A program made the position numbers and the translations under genes. A model generated the notes under the pieces. The model made no database searches and was not told the origin of the DNA. It worked only from the letters and a program-made list of their open reading frames with translations. Shown here in pieces: positions 1 through 9,879 of a stretch of 64,000 nt of DNA; position 1 is the stretch's first letter; every line of letters starts with the position of its first letter. The DNA is from Candidatus Hydrogenedentota bacterium (GTDB lineage Bacteria; Hydrogenedentota; Hydrogenedentia; Hydrogenedentales; SLHB01). The DNA lies in NCBI GenBank assembly GCA_963745075.1, contig CAVUWV010000017.1, positions 64,001 to 128,000 on the forward strand, written 5' to 3'.

Positions 1-2
1 TG

Positions 3-323
3 CTTGTCGACCCCGGCGGCGAACCCGGGATCAAGAGCGATGACGGCAAGATCGCCGACCGAACCGCTATTCTGCAACTGAAGGACGGATCCTTCGTGTT
101 CCTGTATCACGCCAAGACAACTCTGTTCGCCCTTTCGCAATACATCCTGACCGAATACCGCACGGCCGATCGCGCCGTCAACCTCGATGGCGGTCCCGAA
201 GCGGGCATCGCGACAAGGATCCCGACGCTCGAGTTTCGCGAGAATACAATTGCGAGCAAGGCGTATATTGTGGTGTCAGAAAAGACGAAAGGCGAAGCCG
301 ACTCACTCTTAGAGAAGGAATAA
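3..323 (+). CDS. 5'-truncated phosphodiester glycosidase (NAGPA-like) family protein, C-terminal part
   Basis: The frame is open from the window edge. It contains RTAI...AVNLDGGP, matching the RTA and NLDGG motifs of this family. Confidence 0.6.
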   Translation, partial: LVDPGGEPGIKSDDGKIADRTAILQLKDGSFVFLYHAKTTLFALSQYILTEYRTADRAVNLDGGPEAGIATRIPTLEFRENTIASKAYIVVSEKTKGEADSLLEKE

Positions 324-407
324 ACTCTCGGGGTGTACCGCACCCGTGTGATTCGCATATAATCACACCCAATCTACAACAACAAACGAGGGCGTTGCGG
401 CACCAGG

Positions 408-746
408 ATGTCAGACTTCACTATGTTCGTACCGGGATTCATAGTTGGTGTATTGACGATGCTTTTTGTCCAGTTCCTGCTATACGCGGCACGACCTTGG
501 ACGAAAGCCCTGCTGTCTGGCGCTCGGGTGCCTTTTCTCCTGATTGTCGCCATGCGGCTGCGCGGCAACCCGCCGACCCGCATCATCGATGCATACGTTC
601 AGCTGAGGAAACGCGGACGCTCTGTATCGCTTAGTGAAGTGGAGGCCACGTATATGGCCTTTCGCGAAAGCGCGTCGTCCGTCGAAGACCTTGTTCGAAT
701 GGTGGATGAAGGGCACCTTCGACAACAGGAAATATCCACAAATTAA
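408..746 (+). CDS. Short membrane protein resembling the N-terminal domain of flotillin-like FloA (YqfA)
   Basis: An N-terminal TM helix is followed by WTKALLSGARVPFLLIVAMRLRGNPPTRIIDAYV...SLSEVEATYMA, which resembles the FloA N-terminus. Only 112 aa long. Confidence 0.6.
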   Translation: MSDFTMFVPGFIVGVLTMLFVQFLLYAARPWTKALLSGARVPFLLIVAMRLRGNPPTRIIDAYVQLRKRGRSVSLSEVEATYMAFRESASSVEDLVRMVDEGHLRQQEISTN

Positions 747-793
747 TTGTAAATGATGATACCAGGGAGTGGATCTAGCGAGTCCGTGTTCTT

Positions 794-2227
794 CTACGCA
801 TCCTGATACGTGCGCCGCATCGTGGTCGACAGGATTCCCATGCCTTCGCGGTATTTGGTGACCGTGCGGCGGGCGATGTTGATGCCTTGCTCCTTCAGCA
901 GATTCGCGATTTTCTGATCGCTCAGCGGTTTTGATTTGTCCTCGTCTTCGATGATCTTCTTGATAAGGGATTGGACACTCTTCGAGGATTGCGCCTCGCC
1001 GCTGTCCCGCCGCAATCCGGGGGAGAAGAAGTACTTCATTTCGAAGAGGCCTTGCGGGGTCTGCATGTATTTGCCGCGGGTGGTCCGGCTCACCGTCGCC
1101 TCATGGACGCCAACCTTGTCCGCGATTTCCTGCAAGGTGAGCGGCCTGATCGCTTCGACACCCTTGTCAAAAAACTCCTGCTGAACGTCCACGATGGCGC
1201 TCGCAATGCGCAGAATGGTCTGTTGCCGCTGTTGAATGTTGCGGATTAACCACCGCGCGGATTCCACCTTGTCCCGCAGATACTGTTTCTCGTCCTTGGT
1301 CACCTTGCCGTTCTGCATCATCCGGCGGTAATCGCCGTTGATGCGCAGTTCCGGCACGGTTTCATCGGAGAGATACACCACGAACTCGCCATCAATCTTT
1401 TCGACGATGACGTCCGGCGTAACGTACTGCGGCGGATCCGACGAGTACTCCAACCCCGGCCACGGATCCAGAGTCGAGAGCATTTCTTTCAACTCTTCCA
1501 CCCGCTCCGGCGCGACCGCCATCGCTTTGGCAATCTTGGGAATCTGCCGGTGCTCCAATTCCTCGAGGTGTTCCGAAACCAATGTCTTCAGCTGGACCTC
1601 GTCCGGATACTCCACGTTGATTTGGAGTAGCAGACACTCGACAATATCGCGGGCTCCCACGCCCGTCGGTTCAAAGCGCTGGATCCGATAGAGGACACGC
1701 TCCACCTCCGTGGGCGTGACGTTCAAGGTCTGGGCGATTTCGTCGATGTCGCCGGTGAAGTAGCCTTTGTGATCGATGTCCCCGATGATTTGTTCCCCGA
1801 TGGCATAGGTCTTCTCATCGGGTGCCGCCATCCGCAACTGCGTCAGGAGCTTCGAGGTGAAGGATTCCTCCTTCGTGATGGAGTTCTGGTAATACTCCCG
1901 GCGTCCCTGCATGTCCGGGTTGCGCGAGAAGTCCGTGCCTTCCCGCCGGAAATCCGTCCACATGCTGGCGTAGTCATCGAGATTGAAGGCGCTGTCGTCG
2001 ACCGTTGCCCCGTCGGAATTCGTCGTGGTTTCCGACTTGGGTTCCGGCTCCGGTTTGGCCTCTTGTTGAAGCTGATCCAGGACCGGGTTGGTCTCCAATT
2101 CCTGCTGAACGTACTGTTCCAGTTCTATGCCGGACAGTTGCAGTATATGGATCGCCTGCTGCATCTTTTGGGTCAGCATCAGACGCTGGGTTTGCGTCTG
2201 GGCCAACCGATGTTCCATATGCATCAT
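794..2227 (-). CDS. rpoN: RNA polymerase sigma-54 factor
   Basis: Gln/Leu-rich region I (QTQRLMLTQKMQQAIHILQL), EPTGVGAR, HEATVSR HTH and the RpoN box ARRTVTKYRE. Confidence 0.98.
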   Translation of the reverse strand: MMHMEHRLAQTQTQRLMLTQKMQQAIHILQLSGIELEQYVQQELETNPVLDQLQQEAKPEPEPKSETTTNSDGATVDDSAFNLDDYASMWTDFRREGTDFSRNPDMQGRREYYQNSITKEESFTSKLLTQLRMAAPDEKTYAIGEQIIGDIDHKGYFTGDIDEIAQTLNVTPTEVERVLYRIQRFEPTGVGARDIVECLLLQINVEYPDEVQLKTLVSEHLEELEHRQIPKIAKAMAVAPERVEELKEMLSTLDPWPGLEYSSDPPQYVTPDVIVEKIDGEFVVYLSDETVPELRINGDYRRMMQNGKVTKDEKQYLRDKVESARWLIRNIQQRQQTILRIASAIVDVQQEFFDKGVEAIRPLTLQEIADKVGVHEATVSRTTRGKYMQTPQGLFEMKYFFSPGLRRDSGEAQSSKSVQSLIKKIIEDEDKSKPLSDQKIANLLKEQGINIARRTVTKYREGMGILSTTMRRTYQDA

Positions 2228-2571
2228 GCGCTAAGTTCCTCCCAAGCAAGTCACGTGCCATTATACTCGAACATCCCGGGCCTGTCAATTGAACCGAAAC
2301 CCCACCGTTGTTATAATTTGCTACAGTACAATAGGTTATGCTTAGGCCAGTCTGGATATCGCACGCGCGCGAACCGGCCGGTGCACAACTGGTGACGGTA
2401 TCAAGGGTTCTACGTGATACCGCGAGCCTGAGGTGACAAACCACCGCGAGTTCGCTATCCTCACAACGGAGCTGCGGGTGTGCTCGGGAGCTTTTCTCAC
2501 CGCACCACAGGCTATATCGCGCCGGCAGGCGCTGTTCGCGGCCACGAAGAATGCGGGTTAGGAGGCCGGTT

Positions 2572-3348
2572 TTGATACGCTTTTGTCTGCTCGGGAGTGG
2601 TAGCAGTGGCAACGCGATCCTGGTCAAGACGCGCGACTCCAAGATTCTCATTGACAATGGCTTAAGCTTCAAACAACTCCGGCTCCGCGCCGCCGAGATC
2701 GGCGAGGATCTCTCCAATCTCAAGGCCGTTTTCGTCACCCACGAGCATTCCGACCATGTGAGCGGCGTCGGAATCCTCGCCCGCAAGATCGATGTTCCCG
2801 TATACATGACACCCGAAACCTTCGCATCGCTTCCCGCGACGATCGGTCGAATCCCCATGGTGCGTTTTATCGAGGCCGGGGAAGAAACTGCCTTCAACGG
2901 CGTGTCCGTCGGAAGTTTCAGCATTTCCCACGACGCGGCCGACCCGGTGAGCTACATCGTCGAATCCGACGGGATGAAACTTGGCATTGCCGCAGATATG
3001 GGCCAAGCGTCGGCGCTGGTGCGGCAGCGACTCGCGGGTTCCCACGGCTTGATTCTCGAATCCAATTATTGCCCCAAGATGCTGCGGCGCGGAACGTATC
3101 CCCCCATGATTCAGCAGCGAATCCGGGGCCGCCAGGGGCACCTGTCCAACGCGACCATGTGCTCGCTCTTGTCGCAGGTGCTTCATGACGCGCTCCGAGT
3201 CGTCGTGTTGGTCCACATCAGCGCTGAGAACAACACGGCGGATCTCGCCCTGAGCATGGCCGGTCATGTTGTGCGGAACCTGCCTGTGCAACTCGTCGCG
3301 GCTTGTCAGGACCGGCCCACGCCGGTCTTCGAGCTGGTGCCCTCATGA
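2572..3348 (+). CDS. MBL-fold metallohydrolase (YycJ/WalJ-like)
   Basis: LGSGSSGNA, THEHSDH metal motif, HDAADP, LILESNY and GHLSN. TTG start follows an AGGAGG RBS. Confidence 0.9.
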   Translation: MIRFCLLGSGSSGNAILVKTRDSKILIDNGLSFKQLRLRAAEIGEDLSNLKAVFVTHEHSDHVSGVGILARKIDVPVYMTPETFASLPATIGRIPMVRFIEAGEETAFNGVSVGSFSISHDAADPVSYIVESDGMKLGIAADMGQASALVRQRLAGSHGLILESNYCPKMLRRGTYPPMIQQRIRGRQGHLSNATMCSLLSQVLHDALRVVVLVHISAENNTADLALSMAGHVVRNLPVQLVAACQDRPTPVFELVPS

Positions 3349-4601
3349 AGCCCGCCGCCTTCTTCCGGACCGATCCCGTACGCCGGGTCCTGAAGCGGGC
3401 ATCTACTGCCGGGTCTGTGCCCGTAAGCGTTCACTTCGTCGATTCCGAAGCAGACTGGCCGGCATTGGCGAGCGAGGGTCAGTGCGAGGCGTGCCGTTAT
3501 GTGAACGGGTTGGAAGGAGGTGCGGAGGCGTGCCGTCAATCCCGGCGGACCGCCGCTCTCAGGACCTGCAAGACGAGGCGGCCGGCCCCGTTTCTGTGCC
3601 ACATGGGCTTCGCGTGCGTTGCCACCCCCGGCATGCCGGACGACGCGCAGGGAATTGTCGTTACGTTGGGTCCATTCTGTCCCTCGGAAGCGCCGGAAAC
3701 CCTGGTTGAAGATGCCATGCGGGGCCTGAAGATACTTGAGAAGAAGGACCGGCCCTTCTTGCCCATGCCGGTCTCCGACATCGCCTCGGTATCGGGGGAG
3801 GCGGTTCCGGCGATCGCGGAATGGACTTCGGAAGCGCTGGCCGCACTCTGGAAGGATGCCGAAGAACAAGAGCGCAGCGCTCGAGGAGAATCGGAATCGC
3901 CCGAGCAACCGCGAGAACGGACCACGCGTCGCCGGAGGGGCAAAGCGCCGGATACCTCGCCCTACCGCGGCGCCGACATTGCCGCCGCATTGGCGGGGGG
4001 AAACCAAACCCAGGCGCGCGCCTTGGTCCGGTCGGCCGTCGCCGACGTCGGCGACCGGGGCGAGGTGATCGCCGTTCGCCGGGCCAGGACCATCGCCCTA
4101 GTCGGGGCGACGCTCGAAGCCGCGGAACGGGCAGGCTTGGAAACGCCGGAGTCCTGGGAAGAGTTTCCAGCGTTTCTAGCGTCCGTCCGGCAGGCCCGAA
4201 CGGACAGCGAGTTGGTCGACGGCGCTATGGCCCTGCTGGCGATTATCCTGCGCCGAACCGTGCGCGCGACAACGGACGGGGTACTCGCGGAGTTGAATCG
4301 CATCGTCATGGAGCGTCTTCCGGAAGCGATTCAACTGAATGAAGTCGCAGAACGGCTGGGCCGGCATCCCACGGCGATTACCCACCAGCTTCAGCGCAAG
4401 TTCGGTCTTTCCTATACCCAGTTTGTCGGACGCCTCCGTATCGACATGGCCAAAGATCTTCTTCGCCGGACGCGGCTCAGCGTCCGGGACGTGGCCAGCC
4501 GGGTCGGGGTCCAGGACGGCAGCAATTTCAGCAAATTATTCCGGAAGTTCGAGGGCGTATCCCCTCAGCAGTACCGGACGCAATACAGGAGTAAACGATG
4601 A
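3345..4601 (+). CDS. AraC-family regulator with N-terminal PocR-like sensory domain
   Basis: Cys-rich CEACRY...ACRQS...FLCHMGF in the N-terminal part; C-terminal AraC double HTH (VASRVGVQDGSNFSKLFRKFEGVSPQQYR). ATGA overlap with the upstream gene. Confidence 0.88.
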   Translation: MKPAAFFRTDPVRRVLKRASTAGSVPVSVHFVDSEADWPALASEGQCEACRYVNGLEGGAEACRQSRRTAALRTCKTRRPAPFLCHMGFACVATPGMPDDAQGIVVTLGPFCPSEAPETLVEDAMRGLKILEKKDRPFLPMPVSDIASVSGEAVPAIAEWTSEALAALWKDAEEQERSARGESESPEQPRERTTRRRRGKAPDTSPYRGADIAAALAGGNQTQARALVRSAVADVGDRGEVIAVRRARTIALVGATLEAAERAGLETPESWEEFPAFLASVRQARTDSELVDGAMALLAIILRRTVRATTDGVLAELNRIVMERLPEAIQLNEVAERLGRHPTAITHQLQRKFGLSYTQFVGRLRIDMAKDLLRRTRLSVRDVASRVGVQDGSNFSKLFRKFEGVSPQQYRTQYRSKR

Positions 4602-4821
4602 CTGTCCCCCCGAAACCGCAGCAATCCGTTGCGGATCGCATAAAGGAGTGGTGGCTGCGCGTTCGTTGCCCGACGGAATTTCTATGTGACAATTGCCGCT
4701 ACGATCATCCGTCGGCGTGTCTGCATCCCGAGCGGCCCAATGCCGTAAAGTGCCCGGATTACCGCCCGAAATGACGTTCTGCCGAGGCCGCTGGGTGTCG
4801 GCGGTTGAACAAGGAGGACTC

Positions 4822-6555
4822 ATGAATCGACGTTCGTTCATGGTTCGCTGGAGCGGCGCAGTTTCGGCCGCGTGTCTGATTCTGGGAGTGCTCGCCGGCT
4901 GCGGCGGACGTGACGAAGAGACCGCCACCTCCGCGAAGACCGCCCCCGAGCATCACCCAGCCGTAGTCGATCTCTTGGAACTGATGCCGGAATCAGCCGT
5001 GACGGCCATCGCGACGCCTTCCGTGCGTGAATTCGGCGACAGCGTCGAAGGGTTCTTGCTCCGTGCTTCCCCCGATTCCATCAATATGGAGGCCGAGATC
5101 CGAGTCGTCATTCAACAGATGGGCCGGGCGATCGGCGTACCCGACGCGCATCACCTGGATGACATCGCCTTCGAATACGCGGTAGACCCGGAACGACCGG
5201 CAGCCCTCTTCGTAGGTACCTCCTTGCCGAAGCCCATTCGGGGCGAAGTCAGCGAGGGTGAGCCAGAACCAAGCCTCGGCAGTTCGAACGAGCGCGATAG
5301 ATTGACGCCTGCCGACAATAACGACGCTGAGTTCGCCATAGTCGCGTACACACTCGACCCCGCGGAAACGGAACGTGCCATCCTGCGCTTCTTGGACGAT
5401 GCCGAACTTTATCCGGATCCGGTCCAAATCAATGGCATCCCAATGCACTTCACGAAGGATCTGCAATGGTGTTACTTCCTCCACGACGACATGGCGGCAT
5501 TCGGAACGTACGCTCTGGTGCAAATGATTCCCCGTCACATCAACAGTTCGGCCCCCGTGCGGTATGGTACTGCCGACTGCCCTTCCGATCCCAACGATCG
5601 ACTCGTGCAGCTCACGCGTTTTGACCGGTTCGATCGCACGATGCCCGTTGTGTCCGAGGCGGAAGCTGACCTGCCACCGGAAGTGTCGGAATCCGTGTCC
5701 GGTGTGCTCCGCAACATGCAGACCTTGTTTCAAGGGAACGATCCCATGATTACGGTGTATCGCGTTGCCGACGACTCGATCAACGTCGTGACGCGCCTCG
5801 ACCGGCATCGCTATCCCGCGCTGGCCGACTGGCGCGGACCGGGACATGGACTCTCGCACCTGGCCATGCTGCCCGACGACACGGTCTCCACACTCTCGTG
5901 GGACTTCGACGGCACCATGCGCGACCTAATCGTCAATGCCATCAAGAGTCCGCTCGCCGCCGAAAGCAAGACCGATCAACCCGCCGCGCCGATGTTTGCA
6001 TCGATGGGAGCGCTCGTTGACTTGGTGCGAGGCAACATCACGATTGCCGTTGTAAAGCCCGACGCAGGTGATCCCGCGCTGCTGGTCTTGGCCGACGTTG
6101 CCGACGGCGATAATGCAAGAACGCAACTTCGAGCGTCCGGTTTGATGCCGCTCGTCAGCGAAACCTACAACGGGACCGATATCTGCCTTCTCCCAGTGCC
6201 CGTCCCCATCGGTGATGGCCTGTGCTATGCCTTGCCCGGCAATACGTTCGTGCTTTCCACGGACCTTGGCCGGCTTAAAACGGCGATCGATTCCATCGAG
6301 GGGTCCCGCACCACAAACTGGGCCGCCAATCAGGAGCCGGCGTTGGATCCACATGCTCCGACGTTCACGGCCCTCCTGATTAAGCCGCATCCCCTGTCCG
6401 AAGCGCTGCTTCCGCAATTGGAGTCGCAGCATGCGGTCGATGCCGGCGATATGGCCACCGCTAAGTTGGTATGGGAGCACATTCGGGAAGTGCGCTTCAC
6501 GACCAGCATCAACGGAATCTGGCAAGAAGGACATTTGCGCGTCACGACGGACTAA
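4822..6555 (+). CDS. Large hypothetical lipoprotein
   Basis: AAGGAGG RBS. Signal peptide MNRRSF...LGVLAG-C ends in a lipobox. Long ORF with no recognised domain. Confidence 0.7.
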   Translation: MNRRSFMVRWSGAVSAACLILGVLAGCGGRDEETATSAKTAPEHHPAVVDLLELMPESAVTAIATPSVREFGDSVEGFLLRASPDSINMEAEIRVVIQQMGRAIGVPDAHHLDDIAFEYAVDPERPAALFVGTSLPKPIRGEVSEGEPEPSLGSSNERDRLTPADNNDAEFAIVAYTLDPAETERAILRFLDDAELYPDPVQINGIPMHFTKDLQWCYFLHDDMAAFGTYALVQMIPRHINSSAPVRYGTADCPSDPNDRLVQLTRFDRFDRTMPVVSEAEADLPPEVSESVSGVLRNMQTLFQGNDPMITVYRVADDSINVVTRLDRHRYPALADWRGPGHGLSHLAMLPDDTVSTLSWDFDGTMRDLIVNAIKSPLAAESKTDQPAAPMFASMGALVDLVRGNITIAVVKPDAGDPALLVLADVADGDNARTQLRASGLMPLVSETYNGTDICLLPVPVPIGDGLCYALPGNTFVLSTDLGRLKTAIDSIEGSRTTNWAANQEPALDPHAPTFTALLIKPHPLSEALLPQLESQHAVDAGDMATAKLVWEHIREVRFTTSINGIWQEGHLRVTTD

Positions 6556-6593
6556 GTGTTTGCGCCGGCACGCTTTTGCGAATAGTGCGCATT

Positions 6594-6621
6594 TTGTCAA
6601 ACTTCCCGCCTGTGGTATGCT
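6594..6621 (+). promoter_or_regulatory. Candidate sigma70 promoter of the partner-switching operon
   Basis: TTGTCA-N16-TATGCT with an extended -10 TG, 44 nt upstream of the GTG start. Confidence 0.4.
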
Positions 6622-6664
6622 TTATACGGCGAATGCCGGGAGCCGGAACCCTGAGGAATGCTTC

Positions 6665-7093
6665 GTGCCGAAGCCATTTTTCGTAAAAGAGTTCGACAGC
6701 ACGATGGACGCGCTCGGCCAGACCCTGAAGAGCGCACTCGATAAGCTGGTGGAACGGGGCTGGGTGGAAGCCGACCAGACCTTCTACGCCCAGCTCTGCC
6801 TGGAGGAAGCACTGGTAAACGCCATAACCCACGGAAATAAGTGCGACGCCTGTCGTAAGGTGCGCATCGAGATGGTCGAAGAAGGGGAATTCTGCCACAT
6901 ACGTGTGTATGATGAAGGCAGTGGGTTTTGTCCGGATGACGTTGAGCTTCCAAGTCAGGAGCAACTTAACGGACGTGGGGTGTGTTTGATGCGATACTGT
7001 ATGGATGATGTGTCCTATAACCACGAGACAAAGTGTCTGGAGATGAAGATGCGGCGCAACGCCTTGTGCAAAGGGGGGTCCCGCCATGAGTGA
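6665..7093 (+). CDS. Anti-sigma factor / Ser kinase (RsbW/SpoIIAB-like HATPase_c_2)
   Basis: N-box LEEALVNAITHGN, G1 box DEGSGF and G2 box NGRGVCLM. Confidence 0.9.
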   Translation: MPKPFFVKEFDSTMDALGQTLKSALDKLVERGWVEADQTFYAQLCLEEALVNAITHGNKCDACRKVRIEMVEEGEFCHIRVYDEGSGFCPDDVELPSQEQLNGRGVCLMRYCMDDVSYNHETKCLEMKMRRNALCKGGSRHE

Positions 7094-7499
7094 CGGATCC
7101 TTGATTGATTTTACCGAACGCGGTGTTATTACCATCGGGAAGATCCAGGCGGGGAGTGTGCTGGACGCGGTCAACGTGAACCAATTCGGTAAAGAGGTGC
7201 TCGAGTTCGTTGCGACCCACCCCGATTTGAATCTGTTACTGGACTTCCAGAGTGTTGAGTATTTGTCGAGTGCCGTTCTGACCGAACTTCTGCGCATCAA
7301 TCAGGCGTGCAAGGAGGCGGGGGGCGGTCTGCGTCTGTGCGGACTCAATGCGGATATTACGAAGGTATTCGAGATCACCAATCTCGATCGCATGTTCGTG
7401 ATATACGGAGCCGTCGACGACGCCGTCAAGCGGTATGCCCGTTCGCTGACCATCCAGGCTGAGGAGCAAGCGTGGTCCCACGTCCGTAAGGACACCTGA
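7086..7499 (+). CDS. STAS-domain anti-anti-sigma factor
   Basis: LLLDFQSVEYLSSAVL phospho-acceptor loop and LRLCGL...KVFEITNLDRMF. Confidence 0.92.
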   Translation: MSDGSLIDFTERGVITIGKIQAGSVLDAVNVNQFGKEVLEFVATHPDLNLLLDFQSVEYLSSAVLTELLRINQACKEAGGGLRLCGLNADITKVFEITNLDRMFVIYGAVDDAVKRYARSLTIQAEEQAWSHVRKDT

Positions 7500-9460
7500 T
7501 GGCCCTGCGATTTCAGACGCGTCTCAGCCTCGCGATGAGTTTCCTGATCGGCATGGCAATCTGCGCCATGGCGATTCTCGTTTTGTGGGCCGCGACGCGG
7601 ATGATCCTCGAGCATTACCACAGCATGGGGGTTACCCTCACCAAGCTCGCGACTCGCAACATCCAATATGGCGTGAGCTTGCCCGACCGGGTGACGGACC
7701 GGGTCGGCGAACAGATGGTCGTCAGTGGCCTGCTCGTAGCGGAACTCGTCGCCATTGCCGAAGGCGATGCCGGAAAATCGCCGGACGAAATATCTGCCCT
7801 GCTTCGCGACGTGCGTGACCGGTCGAAAGAAGTCCGCGGCTATCCGCTCGTCGACGATATCTGGGTAACGGATGAAACCGGACGCGAATACATCGGAGCC
7901 AGCAAGGTCTCCGGATTTACCTTCTCCCCCGATCCGACGAAGAATCCCCAATCCTACGAGTTCTATTCCCTGCTGTCCCCGGGCACCCCGCCCATCATCC
8001 AACGCTTCCAACCGCGCGACGAGGATGGCGAATACTATGAATACGTCGGAGTCTCAGGCGTCGACAAACCCCGCATCATCCAGATTGGCGCCGGGGAACG
8101 GCTCATCAAAGGAATCAAAGAAGAGTTCTCGGTCCAAAACGTTGTCGATCGTTTTTTCGAAGACCTTAACGCCACGCGAATGATGGTGATCGATGCCGAC
8201 GGAAAGGTTCTCGCCGCCGCGGGCCTAGACACCTTACCACCGGAACAACTGAAGGATCCGGTGGTGTGCAAATTCGCGCAGAATTTTCTGGCGAACCCGG
8301 GGAGCACCTTCAGCGTCAAGCCCTTTGGCGAGGAAATGGGGGTCGTTACGCGTCTGCAAGGCGTTGACGGCCAGACGCCCAGCGCCCTCTTCATTCAGCA
8401 TCGCACCGAAGAAGGGTTTCATCTGATCCGGGAAAGTTTCCGGTATGTCATCGGCTTGAGCATCGTCACCATCGGTGCCGCAATCATATTGATCATGGTG
8501 CTCAGCAATGGATTCTCGCGACCGCTCCGCGCCTTGGCCGCCGGGGCCCGTCAGTTCGGGAAAGGGAACCTCGACTACCGCGTCCGTCTGGATACCCGTG
8601 ACGAGATGGAAAGCCTGGCCGTTGCCTTCAATTCCATGGCTGACTCGCTGCAAAACCGCATGCGCGAACTCGAGCGCGAGACCAAGCGCCGGGAACGCCT
8701 CGAGAGTGAATTGGCCATCGCGGCGGAAATGCAGCGAGGGCTATTACCCGAATCCGCACCGCGTATCGAGGGACTGGAACTGACCGGCTGGTCGCAGCCG
8801 GCCCGCGAGGTGGGCGGGGATTTCTACGACTTCCTGGATATGGGACCGGGGCGCATCGGGGTTGCGATTGGTGACGCCACGGGGAAGGGCCTGACCGCCG
8901 CCATGCTGACCAGCGAGTGCTGGAGCGTATTTCGCGCCCTCGCCACGGAACTGCAATCGCCGGCCGAATTGCTCGCACGAACCAACCGGGCCCTCTGCAA
9001 TAACGTGGGTATGTCGGGCCGATTCGTCACACTCTTCTTCATGATCGTCGATACCGACGAAGGCACCATCACCTACGCTCAGGGTGGACATAACCCCCCG
9101 ATTCTGGCCGGCGTCGACCCGAAACGCCGAATCCGGTTGTCGAGTTCGAAGGGGTTGCCGCTGGGAATCGAGCGGGATTGCGGCTTCGAGGACCGCGTGG
9201 TGGCTCTCGAACCGAACGACACGATCGTGCTGTACAGCGACGGCGTAACGGAGGCCCGCACCCGCGACGACCGCCTCTACGGCGAGCCGCGTTTTCAGGA
9301 CATTGTCGATCGCCTGGTGATGGGATCCATCGAAGATATCATCGACGGTCTGCGCCGTGACGTGGAATCGTACCTTTCGGGGCAGGATTTGACCGACGAC
9401 ATTACGATGGTCGCGGTGCGTTTCAAAGGCACGTTGTCCGCGGTCGATCCGTCCGCGTGA
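7499..9460 (+). CDS. Membrane-bound PP2C/SpoIIE phosphatase (RsbU-like) with extracytoplasmic sensor and HAMP domain
   Basis: TM helices flank an extracytoplasmic region. HAMP (RPLRALA...DEMESLAVAFNSM) precedes PP2C motifs VGGDFYDF, IGDATGKG, YSDGVTEA and DDIT. Confidence 0.93.
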   Translation: MALRFQTRLSLAMSFLIGMAICAMAILVLWAATRMILEHYHSMGVTLTKLATRNIQYGVSLPDRVTDRVGEQMVVSGLLVAELVAIAEGDAGKSPDEISALLRDVRDRSKEVRGYPLVDDIWVTDETGREYIGASKVSGFTFSPDPTKNPQSYEFYSLLSPGTPPIIQRFQPRDEDGEYYEYVGVSGVDKPRIIQIGAGERLIKGIKEEFSVQNVVDRFFEDLNATRMMVIDADGKVLAAAGLDTLPPEQLKDPVVCKFAQNFLANPGSTFSVKPFGEEMGVVTRLQGVDGQTPSALFIQHRTEEGFHLIRESFRYVIGLSIVTIGAAIILIMVLSNGFSRPLRALAAGARQFGKGNLDYRVRLDTRDEMESLAVAFNSMADSLQNRMRELERETKRRERLESELAIAAEMQRGLLPESAPRIEGLELTGWSQPAREVGGDFYDFLDMGPGRIGVAIGDATGKGLTAAMLTSECWSVFRALATELQSPAELLARTNRALCNNVGMSGRFVTLFFMIVDTDEGTITYAQGGHNPPILAGVDPKRRIRLSSSKGLPLGIERDCGFEDRVVALEPNDTIVLYSDGVTEARTRDDRLYGEPRFQDIVDRLVMGSIEDIIDGLRRDVESYLSGQDLTDDITMVAVRFKGTLSAVDPSA

Positions 9461-9462
9461 GA

Positions 9463-9792
9463 TTAGCGTCGAACCCGTTTCTTCAAGCGTTTCAACACGG
9501 TATAGGCCTCATTCAGCGCACGCATCGTATCGTCGTCGCCGCCGTGATCGGGATGGTGAAGCTTCGCCTTGCGCCGGTAAGCCTGTTCGACCTGATCCCA
9601 CGTCGACGACGGGGAAATACCAAGCATCTTGTAACACAGATCGACTTCCCGGTCGGACGGCGGAGATTCGTCTTCCACACGTTCGCCGCGTAATTGCCGG
9701 ATGCCGCGGATAATCTGGGGCCAAAGCCCCGTCATGCTCAACACCGCCACGATGAGCATCAGGATAATCAGTTCCTGGAAACCTGTCATCAT
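9463..9792 (-). CDS. Small membrane-anchored J-domain protein
   Basis: N-terminal TM helix, then YRRKAKLHHPDHGG with the HPD motif. Confidence 0.85.
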   Translation of the reverse strand: MMTGFQELIILMLIVAVLSMTGLWPQIIRGIRQLRGERVEDESPPSDREVDLCYKMLGISPSSTWDQVEQAYRRKAKLHHPDHGGDDDTMRALNEAYTVLKRLKKRVRR

Positions 9793-9879
9793 AGTACCTG
9801 CCACCCGCCGCGCGAGAGCATTTCGATTGATACCGGCCAATCCGGGTGGGTCGAATCCTTCAACCCGTTGCGGTCGTTG

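Noticed and set aside
6566..6580. Sigma54-like CCGGCACGCTTTTGCG upstream of the anti-sigma kinase
   Set aside because: Spacing is GG-N9-GC rather than the strict N10, and a sigma70-like promoter fits just downstream.
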